From Takakia lepidozioides (taxonomy: Eukaryota; Plantae; Bryophyta), in assembly GCA_030704615.1 (NCBI GenBank), contig CM060734.1, forward strand, positions 61,318,001-61,382,000: DNA of 64,000 nucleotides. The letters are read 5' to 3'. Of the stretch, positions 51,989 through 64,000 are shown piece by piece (the stretch's first letter is position 1; every line of letters begins with the position of its first letter). The translations under genes and the position numbers were made by a program. Below the pieces are notes generated by a model. That model did no database searches, was not told the origin of the DNA, and saw only the letters and a list, made by a program, of their open reading frames with translations.

Positions 51989-52754
51989 ATTCTCTCTCCT
52001 CTTTTTACAAGGGGACCACCATATCCGGCCCTCCTATGCAGAACGCCCTCCTTGTTGTCCCACCATTACAAGCTCCAAGCTTCCACGCAGCTTGCATGAA
52101 CTCTCTTCAACAATTTTAGTTCGGAATTCTGCACATTGACCTGCTCTGCTTGCCTAACAATGGTAAGGGAATTCAAGTTCGTGGAATATTTAGATCTTGA
52201 ACATGTGACAATTGTCGGAAGCTGCAGAATAACCAGAACCACAGCCAACAAGAATTTTGAAGTCTAGCAATAAGTGTTGTTGTCATAACAGACACGGGGT
52301 CTTCTACCGAGATGATATGATACTGTAGGAGAAGAAACTCAATTCGACCTCACAAAAAAAAATCTCTGGTGAGATAGAGCGATCTAATGCTCAAATGACG
52401 AAGAGATCACTTCAATCGGAGAGAGGGAGAGAGAGTTTTACAGGGTCGACGTTGACAAGAAACGGCGAAAACCAAAGGCATAAACCCTTGACATGCTCCA
52501 CGCTCCACGTAAAGCCATCTCTTTTCTCAAAAGATAATATCTCTCCACCTCTCTTCTCAATCCCTCACTGTCACTGTCACCTCCACACTAAATGTGTCTT
52601 TGTGGGTCTATCTCTTCCCGAAATTCCTCGGCTGCCTCACTGCACTCCCAACTCTGCGTCTCCTCTCTGGGGTTCTCTCAATTCCCCATCACGTAAAGCC
52701 CTCACCTAATTTTCCCTTTGTGTTTGTAGGGCACCCTCCCCAGGCACAAAACCC

Positions 52755-52932
52755 ATCTAAGCCCAAGTGCAATTTCCTATGTATCCAAGTGCGTCTCTTA
52801 TGTGAAAGGCCATCTAAGCCTAAGTGCAATCTTCTATTCATGTATCCAAGTGCATCTCCCATGTAGAGGCCCAAGTGTCCAGTGTCATGTAACTTGCCCA
52901 AGTGCAATCTCCTATGTATCCAAGTATGTCTC
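52755..52932 (+). repeat. Short imperfect tandem repeat of a CCAAGTGCAATCTCCTATGTAT-like unit
   Basis: Several CCAAGTG/CTAAGTG-anchored copies in under 200 bp. Confidence 0.75.
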
Positions 52933-53927
52933 CCAGGTGTCAAGGCCCAACTTACTTTTTTCCAATTTGTTGAGTAGTAATCATTATTGGTATATATCCC
53001 CTCGAGGCTCCAATCATTGACGGTCCGAGGAAAGCCCACTTTGTTATTTTTCACGAATTTCTCACAACCCAAAGTACTTGAAATTTGACATCTCCCAAAC
53101 CGTAGGTCCAAAAATCATGAGACCAAGCCGGTGCACCCTTCCTCATCAAGGGCTTTCCAACAACACCAAGGCCGGGGCCCACGGTTTGGGAGATCTAAAC
53201 GACGCTACAAAACAAAACAAACAAAGTGACTTCTTTGCCTGTGAATTTTCGGTAGCCACGTCGTAATGACGCCGGCTCCCCGGTCCCAGCAGCGCACCTC
53301 CCAAGGCTTCACACACGCCTGGCCACATATGTGGGCCCGCCCCCTCCATGCAGCGTTTCTTTTAAAGTATTTACATTGTAGCCCAACTGGCATCCATTAG
53401 AACCTTAGAGGAGCATGTCTGGAGCTTGTACAAAATGCGTAGTGGAAATGGCTGGCGATAATATGAAATTTTGAATGGGTATTGGGCGAATGAACCTAAA
53501 ACCTAGTAGACTTGTTGAGGCGAATAACCCAGAATTGACATAGCAAATTGGAGGGTTTAGGCATCATTGGAGACTAGGCGAAATTATGCCAAACACCACC
53601 AAAACAATTTAAACCACCATTCATAAGTAGAAAACCTTAAATTGGCGTATACTGCATTTCAGTCAATCTACACTAAGTGGCATATTTGAACCCTGGCCCA
53701 AAAAGACCCTACCTAATGCTACATGGCACATAAATAAGAAGTATCAATGTTTGCATGGCTCTTGGAAATACAAATAAAATTACCAAGTAACTTGGCTCAC
53801 AAAGCTTGTAAACAGTAATGAAGATTATATGTCACGACACATTATAGACGATGAGACTAGCACCAGCCAAGAGACCAGCACCAAGAGACCTGCCAAGGAA
53901 GCAACCCCAAGAGACCAGCCAAGAGAC

Positions 53928-55925
53928 CTAAGCATCAGTAGATCTACGGGTCTTCACCTCCATCCAATCACTGATAGCCTCTTGATAAGAGAAGATATCT
54001 CTGTTGTAAAAATCATGTGCATACATACGGACAGTTGTATTCAAGTGACCAACCAAACGATTACGTAGCTTGTTCTTGATGAATGCCAAAGTACTGAACG
54101 TGCGTTCATCCTCAACACTGCCAAGGACCTGCACCACTGCAATTTCAGCAAGCTTCGTGAATTCACCAAGGCGTTGAACAATGAGGCCATTGGAAGAGAG
54201 TTTCTGCCAAAGTTTTGTCACGGGGTTGATGTCGAAAGGCTCCTCCATGGCCTTCTTTGCCTGTGTTTTCATTGTCAATTTAAAGAAAGAAGTTTGCATT
54301 TCCAGCAAATTGCATTGAGGGGCTCAGAAATCCAAGTACCTTCAGGTGTTACCTGCTTGGAAACACAATAAGCTCATTTGATGACCGCCATGTGTAGAGG
54401 AAATATAGCCTCACACTCGGGCTGCAGCCAGTATTGGGGGTACACCACACCAAGAGCATTCATGATCTCAGAATCTGGAAACCTTTTTTCAAGGTCACTG
54501 ATAAGAAGGTTTGCTGCCATCGTACACTGTTCCTTGATGCTTGCAACATGCTAAACAAAGCCTTCCCTATCCACTGCACGAGGCTGCCCAGTCAACAGTG
54601 ACATAGAATGACTCATGTAAGATTGTCCCATGATGGAAAATGCCAATGTGTCATTGTCGGTGTTCAGATCAGTAACCCAATGTTGAGTGATTCTATAAGA
54701 AGAATTCGAGACCACATCATTGAAGTCTGGGAAGTCCTCAGGCTGAAAAGCAGTTGCTGGATCTGAATACATCCTATAGACATCGGCTTGACATATCTTG
54801 ACAGCGGCCACAAAATCACAAATAAACACATCCCTTGATTGAGCAAATTTGATGAGGGAATTGACAACCTCCAACAAATTAAAGGCAAAACACATGGCAA
54901 ACCCAATATGGTTTGAATGTCACACAAATGATCCAGATTTGCCCTCGCTGCTGCAACTGATCCACTATCAAGTGACATTTTGACAATCAAGGTTTTATAC
55001 TCTCCCAATACCTTTTTCAAGGGCTCTAGCATGCTAATCCACCTTGTCTTCACATTCCTCAATATCTTAAGTCCTTCTGTTTCCACGATCTCAGCGAGCT
55101 TAGTAAATTCAAGATGACGCTTGGGAGAGGTGAAGAAATACCCATACAATGATTGGAGGAGATCCTCCAACTTTGAGACCATTGGTAGAGTAGACAATGC
55201 TTGCACAGCCAAGTTTGTGCGATGAGCCATACAATGGACGCCAATCATGTAGGGTGCATGCTGATCCCTAACTTGCACAGTCACTCCCGTGCGGATACCT
55301 TGGAAAACTGAAACCTCATCTGCTCCCATGCACACAAGCCGCTCAGCAATTTGTTGGTCAGACAAGCCACCAAATGTCATTAGGGCACCCACCATCATCC
55401 ATTTGAGGTTGTCGGCATTGCTCCCTTCAAGAACACGTTCAAGTGTAAGCAGAATTGGAATCCGTCTCCAGTTGTGAACCACATATGCATGAACAAATAA
55501 CCAACTTTGATTATCAATGGTCGTAACCTCATCAGCACTTATGGAGATGAATTTAGAAGCCCCCACAGCTTTTGTAGTGGCCCTCAAAACACTCCGGTGC
55601 ATGCAATCAGCCATTTCCCACCCTAAACAGTCAGACCAATGCTTAGCAGGATTGTGAGGTACCTTCAGGAATGAAACAGGCCCTGCATGGCCTCATAATC
55701 TGTCATAGGACGACCTTGAGCAAGGAGGTGGAAAACAAGGGCAAACTGGACAAGTTTTTTCTTCCTATTCATAGTCATACCCTGCTGTACCTGCTGCACC
55801 ACTGAATAACGACCTGCAGCAGCAAAGAGTCTTTCATTTTGCAGATGCACATTTGTTTTCAGAAAATAATGTTGTCCCACTGCCACACCAAGCATGGCCA
55901 CATGAGCCTTGCGTCGACCTGCATG
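53928..55925 (-). mobile_element. hAT-superfamily (ZNF862-like) transposase pseudogene
   Basis: FISISADEVTTIDNQSW, MGADEVSVFQG, GVHCMAHRTNLA, FTSPKRH, NVKTRWISM, C-terminal dimerisation VLGSVEDERTFSTLAFIKNKLRNRL; several frameshifts. Confidence 0.9.
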
Positions 55926-56058
55926 CTACCGTGAGGACACGGCTTTTTGAGAGGGGAATGGGTAATGTTAGAGGACTGTCTGGGACTTAGACACTTATAC
56001 GGGATCTGTGGGGTACCCTTAATTTTTGCACAGACTGAGACCAACAGGAGCCTTAGGG

Positions 56059-57239
56059 GTCACAGCAGCGCACTTTAGGGGGGGGGGGGGTTACACAGCC
56101 CGTCACAGCCAACACAGCCGACACAGCCAGACACAGTCAACATAGCTCGTCACAGCCCGACACAACCCATCACAGCCAACACAGCCCGTTACAGCCGACA
56201 CAGCCACACAGACAGTCACAGCCCGACACAGCCAAACACAGTCGCACAGCCAGTCACAGCCCGACACAGCCGGTCACAGCCGGTCACAGTTTCACACAAC
56301 CAGTCACGACCATAGGGAACGGATAGCAGGACAGGGAACGACTGTGGGGAACAACACCTGCGAATGGAACATGTTAGTTCACGGACGACGGTTAGTGAGG
56401 GAAACGGTTAGAACAACGGGTAGGAAGATAAAGCTAGGAGCAAGGACTGAAAGAGGAGGATTATTGGGGCACTTCTTGGGGAAGACTTCGGACATCACTG
56501 GGGGGAAAGGAGGAGAGAGCGTATCTCTGAGCAGAAAGATGGAGAGCACGGAGTAGGAGGAGGATCTGTTGATGCTTAATGAATGCAGACAGTAGAATTG
56601 TAATGTAGATCAGATTAGAGACTCCATGGCTTCAGCCTGATACTTGATAGATATTAATCTGATATACACTTCATACTCACACTGTGTAGAGAGATCTGAG
56701 TGAAGCTATAGAATGAATGGATGAGTTGATGGAATCCGATAAATTGATGAAGCAAACTGATACTTAATTACCAGCAGTAAGGTAACTAGCTAACATGAAT
56801 GCGGGAAGGAAAACAAATAGGAAACACCCCCATGATACACTAGCTGTAGGTCATGACTGATTGTTCTGAGCGGGCTGAGTACTTAGAGATTTCCAACTCT
56901 TCTATCTTGGAGTTTCCGCCTCGGATAGCGAAGGGATGGGTGAGTAAAAGCCGCGCGACAAAGTCACATCCTCCTGCGGCGTTTTGCCGCTTGGAATTAT
57001 TGCTCCTGACAATGTCTACATTCGGCGGATTAAGGCGTGGAATATTTCCTCTCTCACTCATTTACGCCCGCCGCATTCTCGGCCGAGTGTCATAATTGCA
57101 CGATTTCATGAAACGCTTATCAACGGCGTCAGGCCTTGATCCACTTGGACAACATTGAATGCGAAATACGTACTGCTTTATAAGCACGAGTACGAAACCA
57201 TTGAACCACCGTTATCGTTCTGGCATCATAATTGTGACA
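56059..57239. mobile_element. Solo LTR (~1.18 kb) with an internal CACAGCC tandem array
   Basis: 5-bp TSD TAGGG at 56054-56058 and 57240-57244; ends GTCACA...TGTGACA; CACAGCC/GACACAGCC repeats 56093-56305. Confidence 0.8.
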
Positions 57240-58118
57240 TAGGGTTCTACCAGTAAAGGCCACTCATTTCCGAAATCGCTCAAGGAGTGCACTCCTGCAC
57301 CATCCAGAACCGTTCGATTGTGGCCATATCGGATATCAACGGCGCCGAAAATCGATCCGCGAGATAATGTATCGCACTATCCCATTGCAGGGGTTCCAGC
57401 GGGCAACCTGGTTTCCACCTCTATATAAGGTTTGAGTGCAAATTGTTCAAACTTCTATCTCCATACCTCTCACTTGCAGATTGTGTTTCCCGCACCTCTC
57501 TGGTCATCTCCCACTGCCCATTGTGCACCTCTCTGAGCATCATGGTACCTCTGTGGCCATCGCATGTGTTCCTCTCTGAATTTCCATAATCTCTCATGTG
57601 AACTTCATTTTCTCTTCTAGGAAATGACATTACATCTGTATGTATTCGATAGTCTATAGGAAAATCTACTTATTTCTCATCTGCACGTTTAGAAATTACA
57701 GTCCAATACTCTCTTTTCGCTGTATTTGTCCAATTTCCGTATTCCATCATCCATCAAGTCGTGGACCTCCACCGGACAGTCGCGTCAATGCTCAGATTCA
57801 TCCGTCATTACAATTATTCATCCACGTAACCATATTCTTATATATATGTATGTATGACGCCTCCCGAAGGGAGCGTAACTTATGGTGTCACTTGACCCCG
57901 AAGGGCTACTACCTTCCAGCATGGAGGTTATATAATTAGACTCAATCTTCACATGACATGTTCCAGACCAAACAGTAATTCCATTTCTATTCTACTTCTC
58001 TGAAACGTTCATACGCGAGGGTATTTTTTTTTTTTGTATTGATTCATCTTTGAATAGAGTTTTAACTCATACTGCTTATTACTATGAGTAAGGTTGTTAC
58101 GGAGGGGTTTTCAGTTTC

Positions 58119-59235
58119 TTGAACCTCGCGTGTGCAGTAGAGGTTCCGGTGATCATGAGCTTAAAGACTGGTCAAAGAGTATTTCTTACTTTTCCCGGAT
58201 CTTCATCTCCAGTAGCAACTGGGGACTGCCTTAATGTCTCCGGGGTTGGGACCTGTTATGGACACCAATTATCTTCCTCAACCATTTCAGTGGTTCTGAT
58301 CATCTCCTGTGATGAAGCAAACTCATTATGTCCTCTTCCTTATGGACATATGGATGCTAACACCTTGAAGGAGGCCATTGGGACCCCGATGGTGTGGAAT
58401 GTGGAGTTCATGCGGAGAATAACGAGTATCAAGGAGGGCATGACATGAATCCTGATTTTATGCCGGAGAGAAAATATACTGCCAATTTTTTTGACGTCAA
58501 CGAGGATGAATCAAACCACATACCATCGAAGAGTTCCGAGAATCCGAGCGGAGGACTTGGAAGAAACAACTGGAGAAACTTGCAATACGTACTGTTGGGT
58601 GATGATGGGGGTGCACTGTTCGAGGAGAGGATTCAAACCTGTATTCCAGACGAGGTGATCCTCAACAAACTGAGAGAGGAGATGTTGGAGTTCTTGTCAC
58701 CATAATACTTTCTGGAGGATCTGGATGTTTGATGTCTCTTGTAAAATGGCCTTTAACAAAAACACGACTTTTGGAAAGTGGGAGACTACTCTCAAATGAT
58801 CTGGAGAATTTTATTAGATCTTCTGACAGTATCTTGTACGAAGATCACGAGGCAGGTGCGAAGAAAGCGGCGTATCGGCATTTTACGAGGAAGAAGAGGG
58901 ATCGAGATTTGGAACACTCCAAAAAAAGAATGAAGAATCTTACTCTGGAGGAAGTCCGGTCCGTGAGCAGCAAACCTTGATGCAGACTTCACTGTTGTCA
59001 ATATTTCGATTGGCGAAAAACCTTGGCTATCCGTACTTTGTTTTGGGGATCCACTTTTGATGAGAGGAGAGAACATGGACTAAATGTTTCAAAACGACTT
59101 CACATGCTGGAAGGGACTTCTCGCAGGGCATACGTTACGATTGAGGGTGTAGATGTTTGTGAGACTGCTTGGTGGACAATTCATGGAATTGGCAGGTCCA
59201 CATACATGGAGTACAAAAAGTTGAGTAAACAGGGT
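58119..59235 (+). pseudogene. Degenerate coding region, probably the N-terminal part of a DNA-transposon protein (superfamily uncertain; Sola-like pattern)
   Basis: Consecutive broken ORFs ending CRLHCCQYF...YVTIEGVDVCETAWWTIHGIGRSTY; no catalytic core visible. Confidence 0.4.
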
Positions 59236-60244
59236 TGGTTATCAAGTCTCCTTCGGATATTTCCTAACGTGGAGGTTCGTAAAACTGGTCTCATGTTTTC
59301 TTCAGATCCATTTTCTCCCATGAGATCCATGCACTTCCCAAAGTCATTATATAACGCCATTTTCTTTCCAAATCTCATAGGGTGTTTTTTTTTTTGGCAA
59401 TTTAGGATTTTGGATTGACATACCTTTTTATATAGTACCTTGTTTTTTATGTTAGCATTACCCCTAACCCTTACCATTTTCTGCAAATGGCCCATGAACT
59501 ATTGATACCATAACCATAGCCATAACCATAACCATTATGGTTATTGAAATGTCTTCTTCCTTCATATTTGCGCTAGCATTTTTCCTTTGTTTTGGATTGA
59601 CATGCATTAGGCATGTTACAGTTTGCTTTCTATGTTACATCTTAATACCAAGTTCCAAGGACGAGTCTTTCATTTAAATACTTGTCCATAATATTAGGTT
59701 CTTCGGCTAACAGCCGACTGTGAGACTCCTTCTAACCCGAAAAGTCTGTTCGTTTGTTACAATAAGGAAGGGTCAGGAAAGGAACGTCCACTGGACAGTG
59801 GAGGTTCATGAAACTAGAACCGCAGTCGAAAGAGACAAAATCGAAGGGAGGGTCATCCACATTGAATCAGAAAAAACTTCCAAGAATGAAATTGAAGAAT
59901 GGAGATTTCATACCTCGTTGGACTCGTCTCGTACTCGCTTCTAGTTCATTTCAGGTGGTAAGACTCTCAAAGTATCCCTCCTGCCCTCCCCAATGCATCT
60001 TGTCTTATGGGGCATGAGGTCAGTATTTCCATTGATAATGGACGTAATATTACCCTCTGCCTGAAGCGTCCGTGGGCGTGGCCTCTTCACTCCACGGTTC
60101 CCATGACTAAGTTCTAGCGACTGGAGTCTTCCATAAATGTTTGTCTATTTTGTAACTTAAACCCTAGTTACACTCCAAACCTTATTGTATTATCATGTTA
60201 CATCTTCTCAATGTTTCATGCTCTTTTAATATTTTCTTTTGTTG

Positions 60245-60401
60245 GATATGTCGTGCGCATACATATCGCTACACAACTACATCGCTGTCCAAAACCACAC
60301 AACACATGTGCACACCACACACTAGTATACCACTAGTCTACCACTAGTCCAGCCACTAGTCCAACCACTAGGCTACAACTAGTCAGTCACTAGGTGACAC
60401 A
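60245..60401 (-). repeat. Second copy (inverted) of the LTR of the methyltransferase-bearing gypsy family; probably extends further left
   Basis: GTCGTGCGCATACATAT...CTACACAACTACATCGCTGTCCAAAACCACACAACA...CCACTAG repeats is the reverse complement of 38896-39127. Confidence 0.8.
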
Positions 60402-61587
60402 TTTTGAAACAAGTATGATATCACCTGTAATTTCACAAAGTTCAATCACACATTACACCATGATATTATTAATATTTCAATTAATTCTAATGCAAATATA
60501 TATTAAGTTTAGTCCGGATTTAAGCCAAAAGTCCAAAATTAATTAAAATAGTGTTTTTGTTATTATGTTGGTTTAGTTTAGGATCTATGGAGCATGCACT
60601 GGCCTCTATGATCTGTGGTGGAACCCACTTGAGAGTATGGAGGAGTCTTCGGACATGAGCAAGCTATCTTACACAGATGTGTGATGTGTGGTGGAACCCA
60701 CATTTTGTGTGAAATAGCTAGAGGGACGGTGGGGCAAGTCCGAGATTGCAGGCCCATCTTGACTTGTAATTTAGGGTGTCTGGAGCATGGATGTCAGGGA
60801 TGCCTCGGCGTGAGCCTGGTCACGTGAGCGCAACTGCGCTCACGCCACGTCACCTTGCGCAAATGCCACGTCACGGGGCTCACTCCACGTCATCACACAT
60901 GAAGGCCGCGTCACCACGCGCCCAGAAAGAAGTGGAGTGTATTCCCGCGGATTGGCACCCTTTACCGCGGAAACAAGCTGGACGACATAATAAAAGGCAT
61001 TGAATAAAGGATGGATGAATGTACAGTTGGATGATAAACAGATGGTCATGAATGGAGCACGCATGAATACAGTGTAGATGAATGCACAATGGATATGAGA
61101 AGAGTCAGGGAGGTTTGTGAGATGGATTCATACATATTGCAATTTAAATGAAAGTTGATTCTGTGATTATTATTTGTTCTAAAGGAACAACTACGGTGGA
61201 TGAAGGGGATTCAACGTTTTCCAGATAATATGAAAATGAATATTAAAAGAATACAGTTCAGTCTGACTCAGAGTCAGTACAATGTATCCCCGCTTCCTCT
61301 GCATCTAAGTCTAAGTATTTTAGAACACCGGATCCACGCTGGATACACCTACGGCTGGCCACTAAAAAGTCAGGGGATAGGGACTCGGCCGCGTGAAGTG
61401 CCATTGCTTCGGCATAAACAAGAAGCAGAAAATTGGAAAGGGGGCTGTCGAAAACAGACTCGCCAGAAATGACTGTATCTCCTGAAGATCCACCGCTGCC
61501 TTTCCTGAAAGACAGCCTGAAAAAGTTATTACTGTAACTTTGATGTTATCGAGAAATTGAGTATGACTCCCAAAGAGGGTTTAGCAC

Positions 61588-63449
61588 TTACTCACATGAA
61601 AAGTCGTTGTCGACCTGCTTATCTTCGGGATCGTCATCATTTCGAATTTGAATCCGATCAGTCTGTGTGCCTGAAGTGGAGCCAGACAAAAGGGGGAGGA
61701 GCACTGTGTTGTAGAGGTCAGAATCACCCTCCATGCCAAAAAGGCTTCTTCCGCCTGCCTTGCATGCATGGTAAGTTGCTCCTGCACCAGACATGAGAAC
61801 ATGAACAGTTTGGAGGGGGGGATTTAAGCAGATGAAACTGTTGAAATGAAACCAATTCGGAAGGGAAAAAACGAACCTGTGGACACAGAAAGATCGACCA
61901 TCCGTGCAGAGCGGTGGCTGCATGACTCCAGCAGTATTTGCATGAACGCTGGGACTTTTCCTTTGCACCTCTCCAGGGAGTGCCATCTGGTCTCTTCAGA
62001 GTCTGACTGGACTGCATGAAGTTGTACAAAATGTCATCGACATGGGGCTCATAGGGGGGGTTGACGAAACAACCCTGGTCAGAAATCTCAAAGCTGCGGA
62101 TGGAGGATGGTGTCTTTGAGGTGCGAATCCTCCGCAGGCAGATCGCCTCGAACATCCTCGTCTGCCAAAGATAGCAGGTTAGTGTGGTAAACACAATCTA
62201 TAGTGGAAGTGTGTACATCGGCTATTCAGAACTCAGACACAAAAAAATCATGAATCGGTGATGATCGGTGTCGATCATAACACATTCTACTAGAGTGGAG
62301 CTGCAGAGAAAATTGAAACTCATGATCAAAGCACAAGCAGAAGGGAGACGGCATACCAGCTGACCAGGGAAACCCCCTTTCACAAGGTAGAGGCTGTTCA
62401 CACAATTCCATGTGCGCAAAACTTCAAACCCTGAAGACTTGAGGTATGATGCCAATGCCCGACGACTATCATTGTCACATGACTGAAAAAGCAGAAGTGT
62501 CCCTGCATCAGAGAGGAAGTTGTTACAGAACCCGAACACCCAACTCCAGTAGTTGTCCTCGAATTTGTTCCAGCCTGGCGTCTTGCCCTTTGGAAGAACT
62601 TCTGGCACAGCCTGGCCATCCGGGATGTCGAGAATGACAATGTCGGCCGCATAAGTTTTCTGCACACCGCACACGAAGGTGGGACCTGTGCTCACCTACA
62701 ACAGACATGTTTTTTATAAGAACGATGGCAAGATTGTTTTCAAAGAACGAGACTGAAATACTGCCAACGAAACTTTCAGAGAAAAAGGAAAGAAACTGGA
62801 ATTCTCACCAGATTGAGGAATGAGATTATATTGTCCCAGGTAGGGGATGGCACCCCAGTGTATCCTCTCTTTCGACTCTGCATCATCGAAAGCCAACCCT
62901 CATTAACAATTTTCATCTCTCCTGCTGAATCAGAACGGGAAGGGTGTGGCTTGGCATCAAACACGCACTGAAGAGTGCGGGTATATCTTCCAGCAGTAAA
63001 GTCCTGCCCACTCTCCATCTTCTTTTCATTCTCCTTCCCCTTGTCCTTTTCCTTCTCTTTGGACTTGTCTTTGTCCTTTGGCTTTGCTGGTGAGATGGCT
63101 ATGACATCAACAGCCTTGTCTTTTGGTTTGCGGCCCGCCTTCTTTCCCTTCTGCGGCGTTCCCTGAGCATCAGGCTCCTTGGCAGCCAATGTTGCTATGT
63201 TTCGTTGATACTCTTCGTCAGTCAAAGGCGCCAGCATCTCAGCGTTATTGTTCAAGTATTTCATATGCTGTCGTGTGCTCAGGTGGGCAGTCAAGGTACC
63301 ACCCACAGTCTCTGAAGTGAGAAGGACTCCAGTCCTTCAATATCCCTGCAGTATACATGGTTGGATCATTTGCAGGGTCCGACCACATGTCAAGATAGTC
63401 GGAAATTCCGCTCAGGTGATTTCTTTCCATAAGCACATATTTCGTGTAC
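61588..63449 (-). pseudogene. Intron-containing gene for a beta-class N4-cytosine/N6-adenine DNA methyltransferase-like protein with a Lys-rich N-terminal region; at least two frameshifts; 5' exons not resolved
   Basis: Exons about 63449-62807, 62695-62357, 62161-61877, 61781-61588 with GT-AG ends; ADIVILDIPDG (motif IV position), NFLSDAGTLLLF (motif VI-like), EKS..FMQILLESCS...MVDLSVSTGATYHACKAGGRSLFGMEGD (motifs X-I-II). Confidence 0.7.
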
Positions 63450-63589
63450 CTGAAAAAAGGAGATAAATCCCAACCCACAAAAGCGCTCAGTGAGTAAGAT
63501 GCAAGTAGAACAGAATGAAAAAAACATAGATTGAAATGGCTCTGAGAACTGCTCCAAGGACCTTTCAGGACCACACTACTGCTCCAGAT

Positions 63590-63987
63590 ATGAATGTCGT
63601 CAACGCCATTCAAAACATTCCATTCAATGATACTGTAAATACACCCTAATCCAGGTGAATGCAAATTATCGTTTAGGAATGACACAGACATAGAAGTGAA
63701 TGTCGTCAACGACATTCACTAATGAAGCCTAATTATTACTTAAATGAAGCAAAATCACAGGATGGAAATCAAAAAATCGAGTAAGGAGCCCTCCAGGAAA
63801 ACTCAATGCACATTCATAACGAACATATCACTGAGGACCTCACAACATCACTGTATGTGAATGGCGTCAACGCCATTCACAAAAATACCAAAAAGAAACC
63901 AATTACTTAGCTCCCAATCCATGTAAATTCAATTTGTCGCTGTTGAATAATACAGACACAGCAGTGAATGTCGTCAACGACATTCAC
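63590..63987. repeat. Four 24-bp palindromes (GTGAATGKCGT-CA-ACGMCATTCAC) inside a ~267-bp tandem duplication
   Basis: Copies at about 63590, 63696, 63857 and 63964; spacing 106/161/107 bp. Confidence 0.9.
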
Positions 63988-64000
63988 TTTGGATTTCTCA

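Noticed and set aside
52960-53700. Possible MITE or hAT terminus (CAGGGTTCAAATATG on the minus strand from 53695)
   Set aside because: No partner TIR or TSD found, and it faces away from the hAT transposase, so boundaries cannot be supported
56093-56305. Telomere-like or satellite repeat
   Set aside because: The CACAGCC units are not TTTAGGG and lie within a TSD-flanked solo LTR
59719-60401. Full solo LTR with defined left boundary at 59719
   Set aside because: Flanks (CCGAC vs TTTTG) do not form a TSD, so only the part homologous to 38896-39127 is reported
63590-63987. CRISPR-like array of palindromic repeats
   Set aside because: Spacers are 80-140 bp and duplicate each other, the context is an intron-containing eukaryotic locus, and no cas genes are present

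Overview
Nuclear DNA of a seed-free land plant (moss- or lycophyte-like; inferred from gene content and repeat types). Host genes: 3' part of eIF3e, a SAUR gene, a damaged SINA-like E3 ligase, PnsB5/NDH18, a long PLS-class PPR gene with a decayed DYW tail, and a PhyH-family dioxygenase. The centre (about 14.5-41.2 kb) is a four-level transposon nest that can be reconstructed from target-site duplications (TSDs). The outer element is a Ty3/gypsy LTR retrotransposon whose polyprotein carries a C5 cytosine DNA methyltransferase between protease and RT and a PHD finger after integrase. Its integrase is split by a 17.9-kb TIR element with an 8-bp TSD, which carries captured PPR-DYW and LINE fragments. 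Inside that sits a second gypsy element (5-bp TSD), and inside that a nearly intact P-element-like transposase copy with the same terminal sequence as the 17.9-kb element. The right end holds a hAT pseudogene, LTR remnants and an intron-containing, frameshifted beta-class (N4C/N6A) DNA methyltransferase-like gene next to a periodic hairpin array. All family assignments come from motif recognition by eye; no searches were run.
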